DNA from: a bacterium
GTDB lineage: Bacteria > Cyanobacteriota > Vampirovibrionia > Gastranaerophilales > JBAXKC01
Length of the DNA: 64,000 nt
Assembly (NCBI GenBank): GCA_037137535.1
Contig: JBAXKC010000001.1
Location: 224,001 to 288,000, forward strand
Direction: 5' to 3'
The translations under genes were made by a program, and so were the position numbers. The notes under the pieces are model-generated. The model was not told the DNA's origin and ran no database searches. It was given only the letters and a program-made list of their open reading frames with translations. Shown in pieces: positions 42,511-51,913 of this stretch. Position 1 is the stretch's first letter. Each line of letters opens with the position of its first letter.

Positions 42511-42834
42511 TTAAATAACTTTTTCGATACTTTCGATTAATGTTGATTTTTGTAAAAGCCCTACTAATCTTTCAACAGCTTGACCATTTTTGAAGATTAA
42601 TAAACTTGGAATACCGCTAATACTAAATTCTTGAGCAGTTTTAATATTTTCATCGGTATTAAGTTTAACTACTTTCAATCTACCTTCAAATTGACCTGCT
42701 ATTTCATCTATTATCGGGGCGATTTTTCTGCATGGTCCACACCATGGCGCCCAAAAATCAACAAGAACAGGAAGTTCTGATTTTTTAACTTCTTGTTCAA
42801 AATTGGCATCGTTTACTTCTATTGCATTTGACAT
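42511..42834 (-). CDS. trxA: Thioredoxin
   Basis: VLVDFWAPWCGPC, SGIPSL; AGGAG RBS. Confidence 0.97.
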   Translation of the reverse strand: MSNAIEVNDANFEQEVKKSELPVLVDFWAPWCGPCRKIAPIIDEIAGQFEGRLKVVKLNTDENIKTAQEFSISGIPSLLIFKNGQAVERLVGLLQKSTLIESIEKVI

Positions 42835-42928
42835 AAATATTTGCTCCTATATAGAAATTTTCTCAAAAGTGTTATTAAATTATATTAATTGTATAACAAT
42901 AAGTCAAAACCTTGATAAAGGAATAAGC

Positions 42929-44056
42929 ATGAATAAATTATCCATTCTTGATAAATATATCTCAAAACAGCTTGTAGAATCATTCTTACTGGGTGTAATC
43001 ATCTTTACTTCTATAATGTTTGCCTCCGAAACATTTATTAATCTAGTTAAACAAATAACAATGTACGGTATTCCGTTTAAGATAGCATTCCTTGCATTCT
43101 TATTAAAATTGCCCTCTATTATAGTTCTTACTATACCAATGGGCTTACTTCTCGCAACAATTTTAACTTTTAATAAATTAAGTCTTAGCTCTGAAATATC
43201 AGTTATGAGAGCTTGTGGAATAAGTCTTGGAAGACTTGCACTCCCTGCAATCATCTTTGGAATTATTGCCTGCATTGGATGCTTCTTTATCAGCGAAATT
43301 ATTGTACCTGCGGCAGATAATCAGTCAAAAAAACTTACTATTTGGGCTTTATCCCAAAGAAATTTATCCGAAGGAAAGAAAAACTTTTCTTTTAAAGAAA
43401 CAAATGATGATCATTCTTTGAAAAGACTTTTTTATGTCAGTGATTATGATAATAAGATAATGAAAGGAATTACAGTACTTGATTTATCTAAAAACGGAGC
43501 AACTCAACTGATTCAGGCAAAAGAATGTACCGCTACAACAAGCGGATGGACTTTTGAAGACGGAATAGCTTACACTATTTCAAAATCAGGTAAATTATTC
43601 AATACAACTGCATTTGAAAAATCCTCCTTATCCGCAGGAATTGCAATCCCTGCAAGCCTGAGGGTTACAGATCCGAATGATTATAACTTTTATCAGCTAA
43701 GTCAAAAAATCAATGCAGTTGAACAAAAAATAAAAATCTCAGGAGATGTTGTCTTTTATCGTAATTTACTGGAAAATCTACAATTACAGCTTTATACAAA
43801 GTTCGCCGCACCTGCCGCAGGTCTATTTCTTGTACTTATAGGTGTTCCACTGGCAATAACTCCACCAAGAGCAAGAGTAAACAGAGGTCTACTTTTCAGC
43901 ATAGGCATTATCTTTGTTTTTTATATGATTAAAGCCTTTTCCATTTCATTAGGAGAAATGGGATTATTTCCTCCTATACTGGCAGCCTGGTCTCCAAATC
44001 TAATAATAGGTCTTTGGGGCTCTCATTTATTTTATAAAAAAGCCTTTAAAATCTAA
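42929..44056 (+). CDS. LptF/LptG family LPS export permease
   Basis: ILDKYI, SEISVMRACGIS, 3+3 TM around a periplasmic domain, LAAWSPN; ATG at 42929 after AAAGGA. Confidence 0.9.
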   Translation: MNKLSILDKYISKQLVESFLLGVIIFTSIMFASETFINLVKQITMYGIPFKIAFLAFLLKLPSIIVLTIPMGLLLATILTFNKLSLSSEISVMRACGISLGRLALPAIIFGIIACIGCFFISEIIVPAADNQSKKLTIWALSQRNLSEGKKNFSFKETNDDHSLKRLFYVSDYDNKIMKGITVLDLSKNGATQLIQAKECTATTSGWTFEDGIAYTISKSGKLFNTTAFEKSSLSAGIAIPASLRVTDPNDYNFYQLSQKINAVEQKIKISGDVVFYRNLLENLQLQLYTKFAAPAAGLFLVLIGVPLAITPPRARVNRGLLFSIGIIFVFYMIKAFSISLGEMGLFPPILAAWSPNLIIGLWGSHLFYKKAFKI

Positions 44057-44140
44057 TCTTTTAATATGTATCTAACTTAAAAAAAATGCAGTATGATTAT
44101 ATTGCATTTTTTGTATTGCTAAAGGGAGAGTTTTACTAAT

Positions 44141-45805
44141 ATGAGTTTAAAACTGAAAAGTTTAATTTTTATACTGTCTCTATTGATTTCACCTATTTTA
44201 ATATATTTTATTGACTTAAACTTTATTAAAGGTGGATTTACAGGCTGTTGGCTATTTGTCGCTTTAATTATTAGTATTTTCTTTTACACCTACATATATA
44301 AATTCTATCTAGAACCAATTGAGGAAAGCATAAAAATTCTTATGAAGATGAAACATGGTGATTTCAGCGGAAGTGAAAATAACTGCCAAAACATGTCTAA
44401 CGGACTAGAACCTTTAAAAACATCTATCAATGAAGTTCGTTTGAATATAAAAGAGCTTGTACAAAAACTTGAAAAAAATGTATCAGGTCTTAATGCATCA
44501 GGTATAAGCCTTGATAATATTGCAAAAACCTCTGCAAATATTGCTAATGAAGTTGCTACAACAGCAGAACAATTAGCAGCAGGAGCTACTAATCAAGTTC
44601 ACAATATTAATAGTTGCAGTCAAAACGTAGATGAAATAACTGAAGCTTCACAACAAATAAGCTCTCAGATTAACGATATAAATAACATTGCAAATGACTT
44701 CTCAAAAATTGCAAATTCAGGTAAATTAGACATTGAAAATGCACTCTCTAAAGTAAATGAAATCAAAGACTCAAGCGAACTTGTGTCTGATCAAATAGTA
44801 AAACTGGGGACTCTTGGTAAAGAGATTGGCGATATTGTAGACTTAATTAACAGTATTGCGAATCAGACAAACCTTCTTGCCTTAAATGCGTCCATTGAAG
44901 CCGCAAGAGCAGGAGAACATGGGAAAGGCTTTGCGGTAGTTGCGGATGAAGTTAAACAGCTTGCAGAAAAATCAGCAGATGCTGCAAATCAAATTAAGGA
45001 TATGGTTAAAAATATTCAATTAGGTGCTGAAAAAGCCGTTGTTCTCACCGATGACAGCTTAAATAAAGTAGAAGCAGGAGTAAAAGCCTTTGCTCTGATT
45101 AATTCAAATTTTGAAAAGATTTATAGCAATTCTCAAATTATTTACAATGAAACTAATCTGATATGCGATGCAATTCTAACACTATCAGAGAAAAATACCG
45201 AGGTTAATACTTCAATGACTAATGTTGCTGGTATTACAGAAGTTAATGCAGCCGCAGCGCAAGAAATATCAGCCTCTACGCAAGAACATTCAATAACAAC
45301 TCAACAGCTTGAATTAACAACAAAAGAAGTCTTAAAAATGGCTCGTAATTTAACTGTAAGCTCTTTTGTTTTTAAAACAGACGATAAACCTGAAATAATG
45401 TTCTGGAACAAGGATTTCTTTTCTAATAACTTAGACATTGATTATGAGCATTATAAAATAGTCAACTATATTAATACTCTATATCAAATGCATCTCGAGA
45501 AAAGACCGGCCAAAGATCTGGTTAAAGTCTCAAATGAATTGGCTGAATTTACCGTCAATCATTTTGCAAATGAAGAACGTATTATGGAAAAGTATAAATA
45601 TCCTGATTTTAATACTCACAAAAAAATCCATAACGATATGTATGCAAAACTTAAAATGTTCGCTGAAGCCTTAAATTCCGGTAAAGCCAACACGAATGAA
45701 GAATTCCTAGAGTTCTTAACACAATGGCTGACTAAACATATATTAAAAGAAGACATAAGAATGGCTTCGTATCTGAGAAGCAAAGGTGTTATCGAATTAA
45801 CTTAA
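44141..45805 (+). CDS. Methyl-accepting chemotaxis protein with C-terminal hemerythrin domain
   Basis: 2 TM + HAMP-like region, [50 protein letters not shown] ligands. Confidence 0.92.
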   Translation: MSLKLKSLIFILSLLISPILIYFIDLNFIKGGFTGCWLFVALIISIFFYTYIYKFYLEPIEESIKILMKMKHGDFSGSENNCQNMSNGLEPLKTSINEVRLNIKELVQKLEKNVSGLNASGISLDNIAKTSANIANEVATTAEQLAAGATNQVHNINSCSQNVDEITEASQQISSQINDINNIANDFSKIANSGKLDIENALSKVNEIKDSSELVSDQIVKLGTLGKEIGDIVDLINSIANQTNLLALNASIEAARAGEHGKGFAVVADEVKQLAEKSADAANQIKDMVKNIQLGAEKAVVLTDDSLNKVEAGVKAFALINSNFEKIYSNSQIIYNETNLICDAILTLSEKNTEVNTSMTNVAGITEVNAAAAQEISASTQEHSITTQQLELTTKEVLKMARNLTVSSFVFKTDDKPEIMFWNKDFFSNNLDIDYEHYKIVNYINTLYQMHLEKRPAKDLVKVSNELAEFTVNHFANEERIMEKYKYPDFNTHKKIHNDMYAKLKMFAEALNSGKANTNEEFLEFLTQWLTKHILKEDIRMASYLRSKGVIELT

Positions 45806-45816
45806 ATCAACTTAAT

Positions 45817-45849
45817 AGAAAGAAAGCTCCTAATTAGGAGCTTTCTTTG
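45817..45849 (+). terminator. Intrinsic terminator
   Basis: aaagaaagctcct-aatt-aggagctttcttt. Confidence 0.8.
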
Positions 45850-45890
45850 TTAAGAAATGTTTCACTTCTTCTAAAATACTCTAAATAGAC

Positions 45891-45917
45891 TAAAGAAAAT
45901 TTTAATATAGCCGATAA
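45891..45917 (+). promoter_or_regulatory. Sigma28 (FliA-type) promoter, perfect consensus
   Basis: TAAA-N15-GCCGATAA exactly. Confidence 0.75.
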
Positions 45918-45970
45918 CTTATTTGTAAGGCAAATTAAAAGAAGATAAACAAAGACAAGGAGATATAAAA

Positions 45971-46117
45971 ATGAACAGACAACCAGCTACAAACTCATCA
46001 GATGCAGTATTATTCTTATTAAGAGGCGCACAAAAAAGAAGATCACTAGCGGTGGCAAAGGCAAAAATGATTCAAAGTGAAGTTGGTGTTACACCAAGAT
46101 TAGTTGCAATAAAATAG
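45971..46117 (+). CDS. Small basic protein, 48 aa (MNRQPATNSSDAVLFLLRGAQKRRSLAVAKAKMIQSEVGVTPRLVAIK), not in ORF track
   Basis: AAGGAG RBS, sigma28 promoter upstream, terminator downstream. Confidence 0.7.
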   Translation: MNRQPATNSSDAVLFLLRGAQKRRSLAVAKAKMIQSEVGVTPRLVAIK

Positions 46118-46221
46118 TATTTAAAAAGAATTATTAAAAGTTATAGAGAATAGAAATTAACCAAATGGAGTGTTTGTAAAAAGATTAGATCGTGTCTTGT
46201 CTGAAATATGTAGCTGGTAAA

Positions 46222-46259
46222 AAAACCTGCCCTTGAGTGAAAAGGCAGGATTTTTTTTG
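46222..46259. terminator. Bidirectional terminator
   Basis: aaaaaa-cctgcc / ggcagg-atttttttt. Confidence 0.75.
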
Positions 46260-46286
46260 TTTTAATTTTACGAATTTTTTTTAAAT

Positions 46287-46676
46287 TTATTCTTTATTTT
46301 TTGGTTGTGAATTATGATCCTTTTTTATAACCACCAAGACTTCATTTTTCCCTACCATTTTAAGATTATTCCTAGCTAAAGCTTCAATACCTTTAATAGA
46401 AGTATAACTTTCTAACTGACTTTTCAAGTCGTCATTTTTTTCTTTTGCATCTCTATGTATATATTTTAACTCTGAGCATTGTTTATTGAGAGTTAAAAAC
46501 TTAAATGAATTTAAAGTCGCCCCTCTGACAGCTTGAAAAAGACATAAACCTAAAACAAAACTTATAAATAAATAATAAAGTTGTTTGGGATTAGACTTTA
46601 TTGCTTTTCTTGGCTTTATTGTTTTCTTAGAAGGTCTTAAATCAGTATGAACCTTTTTAGTTTTTTTCAAAATCAT
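46287..46676 (-). CDS. FtsB/DivIC-like septum formation initiator
   Basis: Basic N-terminus, single TM, coiled coil, IEALARNNLKMVGKNE signature. Confidence 0.75.
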   Translation of the reverse strand: MILKKTKKVHTDLRPSKKTIKPRKAIKSNPKQLYYLFISFVLGLCLFQAVRGATLNSFKFLTLNKQCSELKYIHRDAKEKNDDLKSQLESYTSIKGIEALARNNLKMVGKNEVLVVIKKDHNSQPKNKE

Positions 46677-46888
46677 TACCTCTTGATTTTTTATGAATTT
46701 GATTAAATATGAATATTTCTTCTGTTTACTATATTCTTTAAAAAAATGAATAATTTTAATTGCTAAAATTATTCATTTATTCTTAATATTAAAAAACACA
46801 TTGACGGTTGTCTATAAATATTAAAAATTATAAAATTTTGTAATGAATTATATTAACATTAATTAAACTCATAAAAATAAGGCGAATA

Positions 46889-47863
46889 ATGAAAAAAATA
46901 TTATTTATAACCCCGATAAGCATAGCCGGAGCGTTGATTATAAACGGACTTAACGAAGGATTTAAAAGCCTTGGACATGACACATTAAGCTATGATGTAA
47001 GAGATTTAAACGAGAATGAAATTCTTAACTTTAATCCCGATTTGGTTATAGGCTATGACTATGCGCATTTTGTTGAAGATCAAGCTGAAAATATCATCAA
47101 ACAACTTAATAAACCGATTATTCATTACTTTGGAGATGCTCCGCTTGAAAATTATTCTCACTCAGGAAATTTAAATCTCTTTGATAAACTTTCCACCTCT
47201 GATGGAATAGTATTTTGTTGGGATAAAGAATATATAAAGGCTTTTAAAAACAGAGCCTATTCTTTACCCTTAGCCGTTAATCCCTCGGTTTATATGACAG
47301 AAACACATAAAAAAAATGACAAAATTGTATTTGTCGGCAGACCTCTTACTGAAACAAGACTTGAAATTCTTTGTGAAGTATTAAAACAATATCCCGACAA
47401 TCTTGAAATTTATTCTTATGAAAAACACTTTGAAAAAAGTATTGAACAAATTAAAAAATTTAATTTATTAGATGAGAATCAAATTAACTTATACAAAAAA
47501 ACTTTCAAAGGCTTTTTAAAAACTGAAAAAGAACTGGCAAATATATATGCTCAATCGGCAATCAGTCTTAATATCACTCTTGATCAAGGAATCAGCAGTA
47601 TTAATTACAGAGTATTTGAAGTTTTAGCCTCAAAAGGCTTTTTAATTACAGATTATAAAAAAGATACAGCTATTGAATTTATAGCAGATGTCGAAGCTGT
47701 TTATTATTCAAATATAAATGAACTGATGGAAAAAATAGCCTTTTATTTATATAATCCTGAACAAAGATTAAAAATAGAAGAACAAGGTCATTTAAAAATC
47801 TTAAATAAACATACTTTTAAACATAGAGCAAAAGAAATTATAGAAAATATAAGTTCCATTTAA
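46889..47863 (+). CDS. CgeB-like GT-B glycosyltransferase
   Basis: LPLAVNP, FVGRP, ISLNI, NYRVFEVLASKGFLIT, HTFKHRA. Confidence 0.8.
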   Translation: MKKILFITPISIAGALIINGLNEGFKSLGHDTLSYDVRDLNENEILNFNPDLVIGYDYAHFVEDQAENIIKQLNKPIIHYFGDAPLENYSHSGNLNLFDKLSTSDGIVFCWDKEYIKAFKNRAYSLPLAVNPSVYMTETHKKNDKIVFVGRPLTETRLEILCEVLKQYPDNLEIYSYEKHFEKSIEQIKKFNLLDENQINLYKKTFKGFLKTEKELANIYAQSAISLNITLDQGISSINYRVFEVLASKGFLITDYKKDTAIEFIADVEAVYYSNINELMEKIAFYLYNPEQRLKIEEQGHLKILNKHTFKHRAKEIIENISSI

Positions 47864-48001
47864 AAGAAATTTCATTTATATTAGATTAACAAATATTTTG
47901 AACAATATAAGAAAAAGATTATTTTTTTAATTTTTTTGTTTTAAAATATTCTGATTACATAGGGGTTAAAAAACTAATTAAAAGACATTCGGAGAAAAAA
48001 A

Positions 48002-49192
48002 ATGTTACCTGAAACAAAAAAAATTGTTCCTGCTGAAAGGATCTTAAATCTTCCACCTTACGTTTTTGCTGAGCTTGATGTATGGAAAGAAGAAGCATTG
48101 GCCAACGGTATAAATTATATTGACCTTGGAATGGGCAATCACGATGGTGCCACCCCTGCACCGATAGTTGATGCCGCCGTAAAAAGTCTATATGAAGCTA
48201 AAAACCATGGTTATCCGAGTTTCAAAGGAAAAAAAGAATTCAGAGAAGCTATTTCTCAATGGATGAAAAAAAGATATGACGTTGAAGTATGTCCCGAGCT
48301 TGAAGTTCAAACTCTTCTAGGTGCTAAAGAAGGACTTGCGCACCTTGCTATGGCTTATACCAACCCAGGTGATATAAACATAGTTCCTGATCCATATTAC
48401 CCTGTTCATTCAAGAGGAACATGGCTTGCAAACGGTGAAATATATCATATTAAACTTGAAGAAAAAAATAATTTCCTTCCTGATTTAGATTCAATCCCTG
48501 AAGATGTAGCAAGAAGAGCTAAAATCTTCTTCATAAATTATCCTAATAACCCTACATCAGCAATTGCACCTGTTGAATATCTTGAAAAATTGGTTGCTTA
48601 TTGCAAAAAATATGGTATTTTACTTTGCAGCGACCTTGCGTATGGTGAAATTTGCTTTGATGGATATCGTCCACCAAGTATCTTCAGTATTCCCTGTGCA
48701 AAAGATATTGCGATAGAATTTCACACCTTCTCAAAAACCTTTAATATGGCTGGCTGGAGAATAGGCTTTGCTGTTGGAAATAAAGAGTATATTCATGCAC
48801 TTTATACATTAAAAACCAACGTAGACTACGGAACTTCCTCCATCTGCCAAGAAGCAGCTATAGCCGCTCTTAATGTAGACAGACCTCATATAGATGCCAT
48901 TGTCAATAAATATCAACAAAGAAGAGATTTACTTGTTGATGGATTCAAAAAACTTGGCTGGAATGTTTCAACACCAAAAGCAACAATGTATTTATGGTTG
49001 AAAGTACCGACAGGATTTGACTCAAAAAGCTGGTGCAAAATGGTTCTAAACACAGCAGGTATTGTATTTACTCCAGGTATGGCTTTTGGAGAGCATAGTG
49101 ACGGTTATTTCAGAGTTTCACTTGTTCAACCTGAGGAAAAGCTGTTAGAAGCACTCTCAAGACTTGAAAAAGCGGGCATCAGATACGCATAG
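48002..49192 (+). CDS. PLP-dependent class I/II aminotransferase (aspartate or LL-DAP aminotransferase-like)
   Basis: LPPYVFA, GAKEG, NYPNNPT, DLAY, SKTFNMAGWRIG. Confidence 0.9.
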   Translation: MLPETKKIVPAERILNLPPYVFAELDVWKEEALANGINYIDLGMGNHDGATPAPIVDAAVKSLYEAKNHGYPSFKGKKEFREAISQWMKKRYDVEVCPELEVQTLLGAKEGLAHLAMAYTNPGDINIVPDPYYPVHSRGTWLANGEIYHIKLEEKNNFLPDLDSIPEDVARRAKIFFINYPNNPTSAIAPVEYLEKLVAYCKKYGILLCSDLAYGEICFDGYRPPSIFSIPCAKDIAIEFHTFSKTFNMAGWRIGFAVGNKEYIHALYTLKTNVDYGTSSICQEAAIAALNVDRPHIDAIVNKYQQRRDLLVDGFKKLGWNVSTPKATMYLWLKVPTGFDSKSWCKMVLNTAGIVFTPGMAFGEHSDGYFRVSLVQPEEKLLEALSRLEKAGIRYA

Positions 49193-49301
49193 TCATGCTT
49201 TTCATGGGTGAGAGAAAAAATCACACTTTAAAGTGATTCCTATTTTATATTTTAAATTGTATTATTAAAATATAGAAAGAGCTTATGGAGATAGATAAAA
49301 A

Positions 49302-49532
49302 ATGAATAATGAAGTTTTAGCAACATTAAAAAAACCTTTAAAAAAAGGCAGACGAGGACAAAGTTTAGTTGAATACGGACTTATCCTTGCTCTTGTTTCA
49401 GTTGTTGCTATTACAGTATTAAATACAATGGGAACTCAAATTAAAAATACTGTGACTAAGGTAAATAATGAACTTACAAACGTCAGTAATACTGTAGGAA
49501 CAACACCAACTACTACTACGCCGACAACTTAA
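49302..49532 (+). CDS. Flp/type IVc pilin with Thr/Pro-rich tail
   Basis: Basic leader, G|QSLVEYGLILALVSVVAI. Confidence 0.88.
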   Translation: MNNEVLATLKKPLKKGRRGQSLVEYGLILALVSVVAITVLNTMGTQIKNTVTKVNNELTNVSNTVGTTPTTTTPTT

Positions 49533-49546
49533 TACCTAAGGTATTT

Positions 49547-49720
49547 ATGAATATAAATAAACTATTAAAGTTTAAAGCATATAAAGCACAAGGCATGGTT
49601 GAATGGGGGCTTGTAGTGCTAACAGTTACTGTTGTGTGTATGACAGTCGTTTTAGCCTTTGGCCCAAAAATGAAAGCTATCCTGCAAATAATTCAAAATG
49701 CACTGAATGCAACATCTTGA
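49547..49720 (+). CDS. Divergent Flp-like pilin, 57 aa (MNINKLLKFKAYKAQGMVEWGLVVLTVTVVCMTVVLAFGPKMKAILQIIQNALNATS), not in ORF track
   Basis: TAAGGT RBS, A|QGMVEW pilin-type cleavage motif with E+5 and a hydrophobic helix; lies between two Flp genes. Confidence 0.8.
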   Translation: MNINKLLKFKAYKAQGMVEWGLVVLTVTVVCMTVVLAFGPKMKAILQIIQNALNATS

Positions 49721-49779
49721 ATCTAAAAATATAACAATATGATACATATGAAGATAACTCCATTGGAGAATGATAAAAA

Positions 49780-49998
49780 ATGAAAAATAAAATTATATCA
49801 ATATTTAAAAAAAGTAAAAAGGGACAAAGTTTAGTTGAATACGGACTTATCCTTGCTCTTGTTTCAGTTGTTGCTATTACAGTATTAAACACAATGGGAA
49901 CTCAAATTAAAAATACTGTGACTAAAGTAAATACAGAAATTGATAATGTCAGTCAAAATGTAGGAACAACACCAACTACTACTACACCAACAACTTAA
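49780..49998 (+). CDS. Flp/type IVc pilin (paralog of 49302)
   Basis: G|QSLVEYGLILALVSVVAI; GGAG RBS. Confidence 0.88.
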   Translation: MKNKIISIFKKSKKGQSLVEYGLILALVSVVAITVLNTMGTQIKNTVTKVNTEIDNVSQNVGTTPTTTTPTT

Positions 49999-50048
49999 TA
50001 CCTAAGTATAATTAAAGGTTGAATAAAACAAGTTAAAGTTATAACATT

Positions 50049-51842
50049 ATGGCAAATATAAAGATAACTCCATTAAATATAGAATTAACTGCCTCAGTTG
50101 ATTCTAATTTAATGGAGTTTTTGACATTAAACGGGATAAATCTTAAAAACAATTGCGGATTTAGAGGAAGCTGCAAAAAATGTACCGTCAAGCTATTAAG
50201 CGGTAATTTAAATAATGATGCGCATTATATCGATAATATTTATTTAGCCTGTCAGTCTAAAATATCTGAAGATATTGAAATTGAATTAATTGAATATTCT
50301 TTGGATAAAGCCTTTAAAATAAATAAAAAATTCGACTTTCATTCCAGTTTGACCTGCTTACAGATGGAAAAAATCAATATTAATGTATTGCCACCGTCAA
50401 AAGAAGATAAAACAGCTGATTTTGAAAGAGTTATGGCTTTATTTCCCGATTACTCAATAGCAGGAGTTGAAGTATTAAAAAAATTACCTTTTGCATTAAG
50501 AGAAAACAATTGGAATATTTCAGTAATTAAAGATAATTTCAAAAAACTCATTGTTGATATTGATAAGCCGTCTGATAAACAGATACTGGGGCTTGCTGTA
50601 GACATTGGAACAACTACTGTTAATATCATTATTACAGATTTAACCAACGGAAAAATTATTGATAGTGCCTCCTCTTATAACGAGCAAATTTCATTTGGAA
50701 CAGATGTAATCAGCCGTATTATTTATTCTCAAAGAGAAAAAGGAATTGAAACGCTTAAAGCAGCTGTTGTTTCAACAATAAATAAACTTATAGACGACAT
50801 TTGCCAAAATAATAATTTAATCCCGAGTAATATTTATCAAGCAGTATTTGCGGGAAATACAACGATGATGCATATTTTGCTTGGTATTGTGCCTAATTTT
50901 TTAAGAATAGAACCTTATGTTCCTGCTTTCTTTAATTATAGTCCTGTTGCAAATGAAATAGGAATAAATATAAATAAATATGCCTCAATATATTGTTATG
51001 AAAGTTTTGGCAGTTATGTAGGCGGCGATATTTCTGCGGGAATATTAGCCTCAAGAATGTATAAAAATGATGAAATAAGTCTTTTAATTGATATTGGAAC
51101 AAACGGTGAAATTGTTCTAGGTAATGCCGACTGGCTAATATCTTGTGCATGCAGTGCAGGACCTGCTTTTGAAGGAGCAGGTGTTAAAAACGGATCCAGA
51201 GCAATAAACGGAGCAATTGACAGCGTAAAAATAAACAACAAGTCTTTAGAGCCAGAAATAACAGTAATAAATAAACAAAAACCCATAGGAATCTGCGGAT
51301 CGGGAATGATTGATGCAATTGCAGAATTATTCAAAGCGGGTATTATTGACAGACAAGGTAAATTTATAAAAAATAGCGAACGCATTAAAGATAAATCTTA
51401 TATTCTTGTAAATATTGGAGAAATAGACTCTGACAAAGAAATAGTTATAAGTGAAAGCGATATTCAAAATATAGTCAGAACAAAAGGGGCTATTTTTGCA
51501 GGAATATATTCGCTTTTAGAATATGCCGGAATAACTCTTGACGAGATTTCAAAAATATATGTGGCAGGCGGACTTGGCGAAAGCATAGACTTTAAAAATG
51601 CTGTTGCTATTGGTCTTTTTCCTGATATTGATCGTAATAAATATGAATACCTGGGAAATACCTCATTAAAAGGGTGTTACCTACGTCTTATTAATTATAA
51701 AGAAGAACAAGATATTAAAAAAATATCCGAAATAATGAATTATTTTGACATATCAGAAGATGAAGAATATATGAACAGATTTATAAGTTCGCTTTTTATT
51801 CCTCATACGGATTTGAGCTTATTTCCCAATATTTTTAAATAA
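50049..51842 (+). CDS. 2Fe-2S/ASKHA ATPase, RACo/AcsV-like corrinoid reductive activator
   Basis: CGFRGSCKKC...LACQ Fe-S domain; DIGTTT, GTDVISRI, DIGTNGE, CSAGPAFEG, GICGSG. Confidence 0.88.
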   Translation: MANIKITPLNIELTASVDSNLMEFLTLNGINLKNNCGFRGSCKKCTVKLLSGNLNNDAHYIDNIYLACQSKISEDIEIELIEYSLDKAFKINKKFDFHSSLTCLQMEKININVLPPSKEDKTADFERVMALFPDYSIAGVEVLKKLPFALRENNWNISVIKDNFKKLIVDIDKPSDKQILGLAVDIGTTTVNIIITDLTNGKIIDSASSYNEQISFGTDVISRIIYSQREKGIETLKAAVVSTINKLIDDICQNNNLIPSNIYQAVFAGNTTMMHILLGIVPNFLRIEPYVPAFFNYSPVANEIGININKYASIYCYESFGSYVGGDISAGILASRMYKNDEISLLIDIGTNGEIVLGNADWLISCACSAGPAFEGAGVKNGSRAINGAIDSVKINNKSLEPEITVINKQKPIGICGSGMIDAIAELFKAGIIDRQGKFIKNSERIKDKSYILVNIGEIDSDKEIVISESDIQNIVRTKGAIFAGIYSLLEYAGITLDEISKIYVAGGLGESIDFKNAVAIGLFPDIDRNKYEYLGNTSLKGCYLRLINYKEEQDIKKISEIMNYFDISEDEEYMNRFISSLFIPHTDLSLFPNIFK

Positions 51843-51913
51843 CTTGAGTCGCTAATTAATCAAAAAGTCTTATTATTATTAAGTTTTAAATTATCAACTC
51901 AAGTTATATTATC

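Larger units (their letters stand above)
49356..50006 (+). repeat. 185-nt near-identical direct repeat (49356-49540 and 49822-50006) covering the mature Flp pilins
   Basis: Manual alignment: identical except a few synonymous changes and one short variable segment; identity runs 8 nt past the stop codons. Confidence 0.9.

Noticed and set aside
49302-50006. Diversity-generating retroelement (TR/VR pair)
   Set aside because: Differences are not adenine-specific, both copies are coding, and no reverse transcriptase is in the window
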